Shown here piece after piece: positions 51,988 to 64,000 of a DNA stretch of 64,000 bases (position 1 is the first letter of the stretch; each line of letters begins with the position of its first letter). This DNA is from Catajapyx aquilonaris. Taxonomy: Eukaryota. The notes below the pieces were generated by a model. That model was not told where the DNA came from. It saw only the letters and a list, made by a program, of their open reading frames with translations, and did no database searches. The stretch is from assembly GCA_000934665.2 (NCBI GenBank), contig JYFJ02001142.1, forward strand, positions 62,001 to 126,000, read 5' to 3'. Both the position numbers and the translations under genes were made by a program.

Positions 51988-54102
51988 CTATGGTCCAGGA
52001 GCAAGCATCTTGGAAAGCTCGTCATCTTGGAGGCAGCCTTTCAAAAATTCCTCTTGCGTAAGTTGGCCATCATTGTTTTCATCCATCTTCGCAAATATGC
52101 TCTTGGCCCTTTCCTCCGAAGAATCTTGCGGCCTATTCGCCGAGTTGGTACCCAACATGTCATAAATGGCCTGCAGGCAAACACGATCTTTAAGCCTCCC
52201 AATACATGGAATTCCCTTCTTTTTAGCCAGAGTCAGACCCACCTGAACAATCTTGGTCATCTCCTGCAGGTCTATCACCCCGTTTCCATCAACATCATAC
52301 ATTCGGAATGCCCACTTTAGTTTCTCTTCAGGGGTGCCTGACGAGGTTACATCAATGGCCAACAAAAATTCCTAATGGAACGTAATGAGAGTTAAGTCAC
52401 GCTGTTGCATCAGGCTAGAACTAGTTCCTTGTCACATGAGCTAAAGTTACAGCCAATGACTGGGACTGAATGTATCGATTATTATTTACATGAACTTGTT
52501 TAACTCGTCCAAGTCTGAAAATAGCCCTGGCATTGTCTTTCATCAAATATTTAAAAAGCAGCAGTACCTGTATGGTTACGCAATTGTGAAACTAACCTTG
52601 AAGTCAATATATCCGTTCTTGTCCATATCAAATGTTCTAAACACATGGTCACAAAACTCCTCGGCATTTCCGCTGGGGAAGAACATTTTATACATATCTA
52701 CAAACTTGGCAGGGGTCAGTCTCCCATTGGGACAATCTTGCTGAAAGAGGCGGGGAGGAAGACCTCATTAGGCATTTACAGGTGCAAGTGAGTCGAGGAG
52801 AGAAGAGGCCCTGAACTGGCTGGTGCCTAACGCTTTACTGCCACAGAAAATGTCCAGGTCGTCCTGGGCTACTCCAACCCTATTGATCCCCCCTCATTCA
52901 AAGCTCCCCTGCCACCTCTTCAGCTTCTCCTTTCCTCGAGCTCTGCAAACACACGAACAGAACTGAGCGAACTACTGCCAGATCAAGTTGCTTGCCAATC
53001 ACATGCTTTCCTCGACCACCCCAGCGGATTAAGCTCACTTCAACGCACATCACTCATTTCTGTCCTCCGCCTCTTCGACAGAATATATCCCACTTAAACC
53101 TCCCCATTCAGACACAAGCTGTGGTTTAATACTGCCACCCGACATATATTTCCTAATCGTTTTCTTACGTTCAGTTAGTCTAACTCCCAGTTACGAAATG
53201 ATTTGCCCAAGTGGATTCGTACAGGTAGACCAGAAATGCACAATGATCAGTGTAACATTTTACAGTTTTAATATTTCAGTTTCTTATTTGAACCCATCAT
53301 ATCACCAAATCATTCCAATGTGACTTTCACACTTACGCATTTCTGGTCTTCCCACGCAATTGCAATGAAAACATTTCTTTGAATGCGCGTTTTAACACCT
53401 TTCAAGTGACTGCTGACATATCGTTCCTGCCATCTCACAGCCCTTGCTACTAAAGTAATGCAGTTAACTTGACTCAAATCTGCAAGCAGCTGCGACATTT
53501 CCCGGGCTAATTGCTAATGTCATCCGACTTTCGTCCGGACGTCTGAAAAATGGTGTCAGCAAATGAGCGCGAAAGTCTAGCCCTCTGTCATCTACTCATC
53601 TCGGCTTCATCACACTAATATTCTCCTTGAGGTTGATGCCTGTGACACACTGCATTCATCAAGAAGAGCGATAAGCTGGAGGGGGAAACTGCAAAGTGCC
53701 AGCTGTGCAATGGCGAGGGTTTGAAGACGGAAGGAAGGAAGGAAGGAAGGAAAGGTGGTGCGGGGGCCGGCGGCGAGATCATCTGAAGTCTGTGGAAACA
53801 GTGAGCGCCGGAAGAGGCGGCAGTGATTAGGGGAGGGGTAGAGCAAGGAAAGGATAATCCTGAGTGGGAAATGCGGCATGCAAATGCTAGCCTGCCACCG
53901 GGGGCTAATCAGGCATTCTTGTGAGCCGGTGGGGCGGCGCGGACTGCAAATCGATCAACTTTTGTGCGCATAATTGGAGCCGTAAACCAACCTTGAATCC
54001 CTTGTACCATTCTTTGATAGTTGCTTCGTCGTAACGAGTGTGATTTTTCAGAAAATCCAGGTCCTCTTTGGACAGTTTCTCTTTGCTGGTGAAGCATCCC
54101 AT
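51988..54102 (-). CDS. Neuronal calcium sensor 2-like protein (NCS family, 188 aa)
   Basis: Exons 53992-54102, 52597-52740, 52243-52371, 51988-52170 (567 nt, all introns phase 0). MGCFTS N-terminus; DCPNG in EF1; EF loops [36 protein letters not shown]. Confidence 0.93.
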
Positions 54103-56093
54103 GGCCGACACCACTCGCCGATCCTAAGTACAGAGGAGGGGAACCCCAAATGCCACATGATGAGTCCCACTGGAGCCAAATCATGCCTAATGAACGGGCA
54201 ACTGCCCATGCTCATCTCGTTCGCTCTTCATCAGCCACCAGGCCAGAACCCACACACACACACACACAGACCCACACACAGACCATGCATGCGAATGAAT
54301 CACGGATTGAAATCCTTGCTGCTCATCAATTCATATCAGCTCCGGATTACCGGGAATTTTTATTCCTTGCCTGTCGCTTTAACACACGCATGCAAGCGTT
54401 GCTTACACACCATGACGGCACTTGATAAATTCACGACTGATTGTCCAAAGCTCAATGCTGAGTCGTCTCGGATTACAAAATGCTTTAATCACTTCGGTAA
54501 CGAGTGCTGCAGGGCGTGTGTGGCTGCTACAGACCGCTTTGTCACAGTCGATTACGCAATCTCGAATAAATCCTAGGGGCGATCCAGACGTTTGGGTCTA
54601 CTGAATGTTTAGACGCATGCCACGCAACGCCGAGTTCGTGTGTGCTAAACGTCCCTAAAGACCTAAATTATGCACAGAGTTCTTGCGGGAAGCCCTCCTG
54701 CCCCGGAAAGGAGGCGAGTTTCGCAACAACTAAAACTTTATTACCTATGAAAACAACATCGGTCACCGTTTAGGACACACTCCAGGGTGCAAAGAAAACA
54801 CGAGGAAATACGCACGTGTGCTACTGAAATTTCCTTCCTGAGCGGCACTAACACACTCAAGCCACCAAGCCTGAAGGAACGACTTCCTCAACGTCCGATA
54901 TAAAGAACGAAAAAGCCTTGAAAGTGACCTTCTGTTGCATTCCTCCTTCACCAAGTGCTGGCCTTGGCCAATGCTCTTTTCCCTTACGAGGTGTGCATGT
55001 ACCAAGCTAGGCCTAACTCAGCAGGCATCCAGAATATTAGTTTCCGGGGAACCCACTCTCCAGATCACGTTCCTTTCCAATTTATTCATTCGGTCCAAAA
55101 AAAAAAAAAAAAAGTCGGCTGTCTCGCTAATGATGCTCCGTCGGGAGTGCTCAAAACTCCCTCAACTATAAAAGGTCCTGCCTCCCAATTCCCCTCGATT
55201 TCTCTGTAATGCCTGCACCGAAATCTCAGATTGGTTTTAAGAAAGTGGCTCGAACTTTTCCATCGACAGCTCTACGCGTCTTGGTGCCTGTCGCCAAGAG
55301 AGAAAAGAAGATGTCACGATAAAAAGCGTGAGTTTTCGCTGCCTTTCAAGTCTCCCAGGCCAACCAATTCTTCCAACTTCTTCGCGTCAAATGTCAAGTT
55401 AAGTAGCGCAATCAATCTAGCGAGTGCTGGATACGACGGGTGGCGTTGAAATGTACTCTGTGCAAGTGCTGCGGACCACCATGAGAAAAAAAAGTGCTCC
55501 CTTCGGTGTCATTTATACCCATATTAACGATGCTTTCGCTGCTCCTTTTTTAATGCGCCCGTGTGTGTGTGTTTGCCCGGTGCCAGCCTCAGGGCCCCCG
55601 GACATGGAAACTTAACCACAGGCGATACACACGAGCCAAGCAAGCCGGCATAGCAGAGGCAGGCGGGGAAGTGGATGAAATAACCTTTTTTTATCGCCCA
55701 GCCTCAGACAATGTCGTGATCAAAGCTTCAGCAAATGGCCTACATTGCAGGTCGGGATATATTCAGACCATGCATATCAAACGAGTTCCTGTGCCGCATT
55801 CAATACTCGCCATAAACACGCTTTTTATATCAAGTAAAGGCTGAAATGGCCCGAGGCATGTAAACCTAACCTAACCCAACCTGAATCCAGCGGCAGTTGT
55901 AGTGTAATCTGCATCCAGTCCGGTCATATACCGGTAACTTAAAAAGAGTCGGAATCACACCGGTACCACTCACTTCACAACCAACACCCGGGTGAATGAC
56001 ACCGCGTCACTTCTCCGTGATTCCTCGCACACAACACCAAGCACAACACCGAGGCAAAGACAGGTAGAGAGGTGCGGACAGGTGGAATTTTAC

Positions 56094-56310
56094 CTTTCAA
56101 AAGCAAAGGTAAATTAGGAAGTGCTCATAAGGGAAGCCGGTCGGTCGAAGGTCAGAAAGAGCAGTAGCACAGTGTGGGTATCCAGTCCCGGGAACTTGTG
56201 TGTCCTGCGAGCCTTCCGCAGCTCAGCTCGACGAGTCCACTTGCAACGGGGAACTGTGCCTGCCTGCCTTCCCTGCTAGTCCCTGCCTCCTCCAGCCTGC
56301 CTGCCTATAG
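56094..56310 (-). promoter_or_regulatory. Candidate promoter and non-coding first exon for the NCS gene pair
   Basis: Donor AAAG|gtaaaa at 56093; GC-rich stretch upstream with a weak TATA-like CTATAG near 56305-56310 and a G-tract region. The first coding exons of both NCS genes are preceded by acceptors, so an upstream exon is needed. Confidence 0.4.
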
Positions 56311-59300
56311 GTGGGTGGGGCCACTCCCACTCCCCCCCCCCCCCCCCCNCCCCCCCCCCCCCCTTCCATACCTCCACCCCCTGCCTCCCCCCATCCTACC
56401 ACCACCATCACTACAAACCCACCCACCGCCATGGGCCCCTCCAAAATTTCGCCCTGTGACGTACCCTAATAAACCCCAGTCGATCAGTCATTCCTCGGTT
56501 CCAAATATGAATAGCGTCAAGATATACTGTACAGTCGACCCTGTTATCCTGGGACTACCCGGGCAATATTTCTTCCTCCTGCTCTCTCCCCTCAGGCACT
56601 GCACAGGCCATATCGGACAGGTGTACAGTACCTCCTTGCCAGTCTCATTTCACGCATGGGGTGTGCGAGGACTCATTTTGTTTACCAGCAATAATAATAA
56701 GTCACGTGGCCAGCCGGCAGCAGACCTCATCTGGACGCAAGGGGGCCAGTTATTGCTGTAGGGGGTCCCAGGTGACACGCCCGAATTGCACCTTTCTTTC
56801 CGTTTTCCCCACTGGCATGTCATCATTTTCCCAAGTGGTGGCACAATAAAGCAGCACAGATATCTGGAGCCCCCGTCACTCACTCCTTTGTACAAAGATA
56901 TTCCACAAAGCCTCCCGTGATTATAATCTTTGCAGATAGAGGTGACGACGGCCGCTCTTTAATCACACTTTCTTACACGACGTCATTTTAGTCGGCCCCG
57001 ACTCATTTCTTGCTTTTTTTTCCAGCCAACCCTTATCTAGCACTATGCCATGTGACGCTAAGAAGAACTTGCATAATAGGTCGCCCCGTAATGGCATTCT
57101 CTCATTTTAAGGGACTGCAGCAGTTTATTATCTTATCCTCATTGTTACCCGCGCCGGCCACATTATTCTTCACGTCAGGCTCAGTTTCCCATTCAAGGTG
57201 TTTAGCTCTAATTAGTTGCTGTGCCGCAAGTTACTATGCTCACAGCGCCAGGCCACAAAGGGCTTCCCTTCTGTTGCTGCCAAGGGGTCCCCCCCTGTCC
57301 TCCGAAAGCACGCCCCATTTGGCTAACCTCAGGAAGCGACACCTGTAAAACCGAGTGTCCAAGTTTCCGGGAACTAGTTTGCCTGATTTCCATGTAAAAT
57401 CCCCCCTTCCTGAGCCACTCCATCCACCTCTTTAGCCACACTAAGCACGTTGCACAAGTGGCCAACCCAAGCGCGACGGGTGCCTTTCGAACCAATTTTT
57501 TTTTGCTGGTCCGGAACCCTCTCAAAAAGTCAAAGCTTACACAGGGTCATTTCATTACGGGCGCCATAAAAATGAGAATCTTTTCGGTGGTAAAAAGCCA
57601 TCCGTTTTCATCAGCCAGTGCTTAAGGTACGTATATAAAATTGCCACACCCACCCTCTACACCCACCCACCCGCCCGCCCGCCCGCCTCGCACCTCTGCG
57701 ACCCCGGCAGCTGCCCCACCTCCCGTTTCCTAGGCAACCCCTCGTGATCCTTCGACCGGGCAAGCCCCATGTTTGCTCCACTTCTTCGCTAAATTCAATT
57801 TTGCTCACTAACGTTGTATGTCCACACCGCGTGTATGATGATGCTTTTTGTCCCCCCCACTTTACACAGCAACCCTGCTGTCTTCCTGATACAAAGCGGC
57901 CCCTTGCAATCCGGAGGTGTGATCTTCCGGAACATGTGTCCGCATTTTCATTCCGGTAATGCGGGTGACAGGCGTTATGGAAAGCAGGATTAGTGCATGA
58001 CACCGGCAGGGGTCTTGCATGTACATGCGCGACTCCACACTCCTCGCTAAATCTTCCTTGTTGTGCTGCTGGTGCGGTGGAAATCAGAGCCCTGTTTATT
58101 CCCGAGGGGTAAAGAGCGATATACAGCAGAAGTAAATTTTCCAGGCTTGTGTGCTGGAAAGAGAACATCTCCAGCCCAGGGCAACTAGGCATCGTTTCTG
58201 CCTCCTAGAGCTCTTTTAACCAAACAACTTTGCTTCCTAAAAACTCCTCTGGCTTCCTGCAGCCCAACAAATCTCTCCCGCAGTCTCTCTTGCTGCTACT
58301 GTGCTGCTTGTATTGCCTTTTGCACACCAGCCCCAGCCGGAAAAAAACAACAACAAAAAAACAAACTGAAGGTAATTTCTTCTCCGCTTCGGATGCAAGA
58401 GGGAAAAAATACGCCTGGTTTCCACGTTCATCCACAGCCGATATTAATAACGATAATTGCGCTTTCAGGCTTCCCTGGCCTCGCTTTCGATTTGGCAGAG
58501 ATGAAGTTCTAAATCTGGGATCGCATTTCTCCTAGCTTGTTACAAGTTTCGCGGATCAAGTGCTTAAAAGAATCACGAGATGTGCATCGAATAGTGCTGG
58601 AAATTACAGATACAGCCGGCCTTCTCTGCATGCTAATGAAACAATGAGAAACTCTACGTGGATGATATTTTTTAGCGAGGACGAACACAGCTCGTGATGC
58701 GGTCGCTCATCTGTACTGTCAGTGTCAGTGTTTTATATGACAATGAGTACACCCAGTGCGTAACAGCTTCATTTTGTGTCAATTAACCAGCCAAAGTAGG
58801 GCTGATTTTTAAATGCTGCTTAGTGCCGAGTATCCCAAGCTCTGGGGACGTGTACAGTATTGGAGCCACCCGGTTTTGAAAAGATACCCCCCAAAAAATT
58901 GATGAAAAATGCACGATTACATTTCATACTGCAATGCTGTTGGCTACAGTCTGACTTCAAAATGAGACAGCAAAAAATTAAATTTAAAAAGTAATAACCA
59001 CCACTTCACTACCGAGATCATAATTTCATTAGCGTTGTTCGGGCCACGCGATCTGAAAACAGTGCTAAAAATGTAAGGCTCAAAGGGCAGCAAAATTTGC
59101 TGCGCTTATACACGGTTAGGTCTATAAGAGAATTCGAACAATCGCGAGCGGGTTGTAACGTTATATGCATAAGCAGGAATGTTTAAATATCATACGTGAA
59201 GTGTTGCGAAAAGAGAGAGTGATGCATTGAAGGCACAACGCATGCATTTGGCTGCAAATCATGAATGGATGGACAAAATGTGACAAAATTCATTGTTTCA

Positions 59301-61109
59301 AGCTTATCAAAGTGACGTAATATCGTGCTAAAAGTGGACAATGTGTGGCACATGTGAAGAGGAGGTGCATGCTTTCGGCAAATAGTCGCAACATCTAGAT
59401 ATCAATTTGCCTCTATATGATTTCCTTTTAATGTACTAATTTTCGCAGCTTGACGCCAAATTTACTACATACAGATACGGAGCTATAATTATTTACTCAC
59501 GAGAGCTCAACTAAAAGCTGGGTTCACATGGATAATTTATATAAACAGATCCTTCCTTTCTAAACTTGCTATCATACAACGAACCTGGAGTGACTGATGT
59601 GTTGTAAAATCGGCGGTTGATGATTCACAACTGTACGGCCGCCCGCCGGTTCAAGAGTTTTACAGCACGCAACAGTAATAAGTGACATGATCTTCCGTGA
59701 GAGGAATGTGCTTGCCAGAGCTGAATCCAAGGTCCTCTGTTCAGACATTGTTGCAAGTACTTTCACCCAGCCACATGTGAACGAACCGGGCAAAGTTATG
59801 CCATCACTCAGATCCTTCAACTCACGAAAGGACGTAACAACCTTCCGAACCCCTTGCAAGTTGCAACCCTAGTAAAACCCCATTTCTCGCTGCCCAGATA
59901 CATTTCTCATTATAAAAAATGATTGACCTACTTGCATATACGTAAAGTAAATTTCACTGTACATGACGCGTGCGAAAATTGTACAGCATATTCACATGTG
60001 CACGGAGTCATGAGCAAGTGACACATCAATTGCGCCAGGAATGACGTAACCTATACACTGATGACGCATTGAATATCCTCGCGCAGATTGATTAGTATAC
60101 TTCCGGAAGTCAGTCATGAGTTTCTCCCAAGACGCGCCCAAATCCCTCACCAAACCCCGCTCTTCAAGAAGTCATCGTCTATCTTCGTTTCTCTGTGATG
60201 TCCAAGGCCGGACCTCCGTCATCGTTTCGCATACGCAACCTGTTTTTACTTCGCATTGCAGTACATAGAAGGCCACCAAGGTCGCTCCGTCTCAGAGATA
60301 ATAACACCCCACGACTGTACAAGTCGCAACGCTGTCCACACAGGAAATGTGGCCGCGAGCCTTCCGCTCTCGTCACTTCAAAGCTGCAAATTACAATGTC
60401 AACTTTGATCAGCACAGCCGACAGACTCGTTATCGACCAAATTTCTTTCGCAAAACCGACGTTCAAGTGCTTCAACATTCACATTACACCCATCAGCATC
60501 CATCGCAATGTGTCAACAATAGTCAAGTAATGCAGCCCCATGCGCTGGGAATGGCTAATTGGTTGTGGTTCTGGAGTGTGTTGGCATAAGGCCGGCTTAT
60601 GAACTAGTAAATTATGCGCTCGGTACGCCAGGTCAAACGTTGAGCCACATGAGGCATCCCATATGAGTCAATTGAAATGGCCCAGTGTACGACATAATCT
60701 GCACGCCATCAGGCCCAGGGCATAATGTAGTGGTGCTGGAAATCCTGCTCAGAAGCTCACGTTCATTACAACAATCCATGATCAATTCAGCGATGGTCTA
60801 CTTAATTCGTACATCGCTGATCGACTTACCCACCAAATTCCCCTCCGCTCGGTTAACTTAATTATGATCACATTTTCTCAACAAAGGAAACGGATTAATC
60901 GGATTAAAATTTCAGAATACTCCCGTGAGCCGTCACAGTACATTAATTAAGGCATGTTGAAGTTGCACTAGAAGCATCGCAGAAAATGTCTCTGTTCATC
61001 TTGCCCGCAGCATAGGTCAGCGCAGGCAATTCCTCCAACATTGTGCCAACAAAGGTGCTTATCATCGATGCGCAAATGGTATTAGAGAGGGCTCAGTTGT
61101 GCAGGTCGG

Positions 61110-61450
61110 ATCAACAGAGCAAGAAGAAGGGAAAAAATGTGGCGGAAGAATCGGACTGCCACTAAGGTTATCCAGAGGCGAAAAAGAGGTTTGCGCGAGA
61201 TGAGGCAATTTCCTGCGGGAGAGGCGATAGAAAAGAGGAAAAGAGGCGATAAGGGTGACTCCTCTCAGCAATTCAAGCCAGTAGAAGGAGAAGGGGGGAG
61301 TATTTGGTTGAAAAAAAGAGGTGAAGAAAGCCGCAAATGGAGCTACAGAGCGCTTGGCCGTCCGCCCATTCCCAGGACCGAATTCATTGGGCTTGATTCG
61401 AAAGCCTTTCATCCTGGCCGGGCGGCAACCTGGCGAGCAGAGTGGCGCGG
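61110..61450 (-). mobile_element. Decayed CR1/Jockey-like LINE ORF2 linker fragment
   Basis: VAPFAAFFTSFFQP...LPHL..TSFSPLDN..PILPP resembles the region just before the RT domain (AxxFAxFFxSVF...LxxLxxxKSxGPDxIPP). By-eye match only. Confidence 0.3.
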
Positions 61451-63099
61451 GTTGCCGTCCGTTCAGGATGAACCGAACCACCTCTGACGTTTCCATTTGC
61501 GTCATTGGACGCACTTTGTTCTCCGCGGTTCCCGCAACTTCCCCTTCAAGTGAATGAACCGATACACGGGTTCACACTGCGCTGATCAAAGGAATATCTC
61601 CCGGTCCCATCGCCCTACGTGATGTAGCAACTCTGCTTTGCAGATCCGCTGGTTACAGCGTTCTTATCTTCTGGTATAACGTTGCAGTCCAATACACCCT
61701 CACACAACGGTCACGTCTATTTATACTGTATTGTACCAATATTACAGCTCTGGATTTCCCCACCGCGATACGATATATCGCCGAGACGTGCTTAATAATC
61801 AGGAGGTGACTTTTGTAACCGCACGCCGTTTTAAGACCATTAATGTCGTAAATTAATTCATTATTCACTCAACAAGGTCTTTTCATTTATTGGCCCCGAG
61901 GCTTATTACGGCACGTCTTCGGTGTCACGAGCTGGGACCCCCCCCCCACTCGCGACGACACAATCAGATTTATGGCTGATAAGCCAGACCTTAGCCTCAA
62001 GGAAGAGGGTGTACGTGTATGTCGTCTCACGATTTTCCCTCTTATCTCTCTAATAGCCTTTATCCCCAGGTGGGACGGAACCGACCTTATAGCGCAAAAT
62101 GTATCAGGGTTTTAGCAGGTGCTGGTTGCCCCTCCCCCGATGGTTCCCAAGCAGGCGGCGAGACGCCACCGCCCCTAATGTGTAAAATGATCGATTCCGA
62201 AACCTAGTTTCCCTTGCCTGCCTTGTTGTGACAGCTTTCGCGCCTTTCCAACTTCGGTATTTAATTATTTCACACTGAGCGTGCAGGAAGTCGAAGGAAA
62301 AGGCATCCCCTAAAGTGGTAAGAAGACACCGTTGACAGGCTAAAGCATTCACTTCATTTTTTTCTTTCTCTCGTTTCCAGTTTCTACGGATCCCCATAGT
62401 CGTGTCACTAGGACAGCTGTGTCTGGAGGGCGAATTTCAGGGCGATGCAAGAAGGCGATTGCGAGACCCCCTTGCCCGCCCCCTTGTCCCCCAACCATCC
62501 CCCCGAAAAAAGTGCGGCTCACGCAAGGAAAGATGGCGCCGCACGCAGAAACACAAACTACTCCCTCTAATTCACGTTTATCTGTCCCTCAGGCAACTCC
62601 CTATCCTAGAGGAATTGCCATTTTCATCGCATACTGCACGCTCGATCCCGTTTTTGCCGCAGACATCTTTCTTTCCGTCGGCCATATAAATATAGGACGC
62701 GTCGGTTATAATGCCATTCGTATGCATCGCGGTGCTTCGGCATGCAAATCAATCCTCCAACCGTTTTAACTGTGCGGATAGGTCTGTGTACCGTGGATCC
62801 TGCTCTTTCTCTCCTTATGCGGGCTATGGTATAACCGCACAAAGTCCATCACGTCATCAAACAGAGCAAAGTGGTTTATCTGGTATTTGCATCTGCGGGA
62901 GAATGTAACGCGGCTCAAAGGTCGGACACCCATTACTCCGATGAAAACACTTTAACCAGATGGATCTTATAGCAGCACACCCGTACTACACCGCTGCAAG
63001 ACAAGGCTTGGGAACCTATACACCGCTTATGATAAACCCTTCCACTGATTCAATTATACATGCGCCAGACTGATGGGGAGCTCCGAAGCTCAGAGTGGC

Positions 63100-63390
63100 A
63101 TTTGATGAGCGGAGATGAATAATTTCTGGGCGAGCCGTCCCTTTTCCATCGATATCAGAAAAGAGGCTATATATTCCCGCAGCAGCAGGAAGGCGCGTCT
63201 CGGATGAGGCATGCCAGGAGGCGGTGGCAGGATTTGCATGCTCAGGAGATGCGGGGGTCCCAGCCGGAAAAAAAACCCTGCTCGTTATCAGTTGGCGTTG
63301 ATCTGTTAAGTCGCCGTACACATGAGACCAGCATAGCAACATGCGTGCCCCGTATCCGATGGCGTGTGCCACCCAACTTCTTCGGACCCG
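63100..63390 (-). mobile_element. Decayed Ty3/gypsy-type integrase fragment
   Basis: VAHAI...WSHVYGDLTDQRQLITSRVF...ASPEHAN...LPAAAGIY...GTARPEII follows the integrase core order (W..FG.P..I.TDQG.QFTS..F; YHPQ.NG; LP.A..AY; TG.SP.EL) with deletions. Confidence 0.4.
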
Positions 63391-64000
63391 CATTGCACCC
63401 TTCTCGCTATGTTTTTATTTTTATTTTTATTCTTAAACACCCCCCTTTCCGTGCCCTAGAACTTGCTTGCTCTATACCTACTAATACCCTTCCTAGCAAA
63501 CATTGCTGTCCTCCCCCCCTAATTACTCCATTTATTCGCGTGCAGCACATCCAAGACGGGGGAGTAGGTTAGGGGGGAAGAGAAGATAAGAAAATGCCAT
63601 TTCTAGGCAAAGACCGCCAGGCAATTCCAACCTCCAGTGCAAAACTGACGAGATTTTTTCTTTTAAAGAAAATTATTATTCCCAACAAGTGCAGCACCAG
63701 GGTTAGCGGGAGTTTGCGTTCGTCACTTCGGGAGTTGCCAAACAATATTTTTTCAAGCCGGGTTGACGCCCACAGAGCAGCTGCGGCGCACACTTGCAGC
63801 ACATGCTAATTCCATTATTTACTGCTATGAAATTTCCAGCCCTGAAATTTCAACCGCAACGTGACAACTTTTACACCGCAGTCCTTGTGTGAAGAACTAA
63901 CAGGACACTCGGCACCAGCATGCTATGACATTGTCAAAATGCAAGGCATATTCATGCTGCCTCTGATGGAACCCTAGAACGCACTGTTTCCGGGCCCGCA

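Noticed and set aside
1..64000. CRISPR arrays, operons, tRNA/rRNA genes, alternative genetic code
   Set aside because: No repeat-spacer arrays or structural RNA signatures were seen; all real genes are spliced and use the standard code. Reading TGA as Trp in 36-38 kb does not open the frames because TAA/TAG stops remain.

Overview
Eukaryotic genomic DNA with spliceosomal introns, microsatellites and decayed transposons. It is most likely from an arthropod, because the neurocalcin is nearly identical to the insect protein as I recall it. No bacterial-type systems, CRISPR arrays, rRNA or tRNA genes were seen. Six protein-coding genes were reconstructed by eye from splice sites and reading frame. 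(1) The 5' part of a PLEKHG4B/ARHGEF40 (puratrophin-1-like) RhoGEF gene, minus strand, 23892 to beyond the left edge, with large introns holding TE debris. (2) GCSH (minus) and (3) PRMT5 (plus) lie head-to-head, and each needs a non-canonical AG|GCAAGT GC-AG intron. (4) A stand-alone, almost intronless KMT2C/D-derived triple-PHD gene with no HMG, FYR or SET domain (minus). (5) Neurocalcin and (6) a second neuronal calcium sensor in tandem (minus), possibly sharing one upstream non-coding exon. Between PRMT5 and the PHD gene is a ~1.2-2 kb decayed coding-like tract with weak collinear resemblance to orthomyxovirus PB2; it is an unproven candidate endogenous viral element. All homology statements are by-eye comparisons to remembered sequences, not database results.
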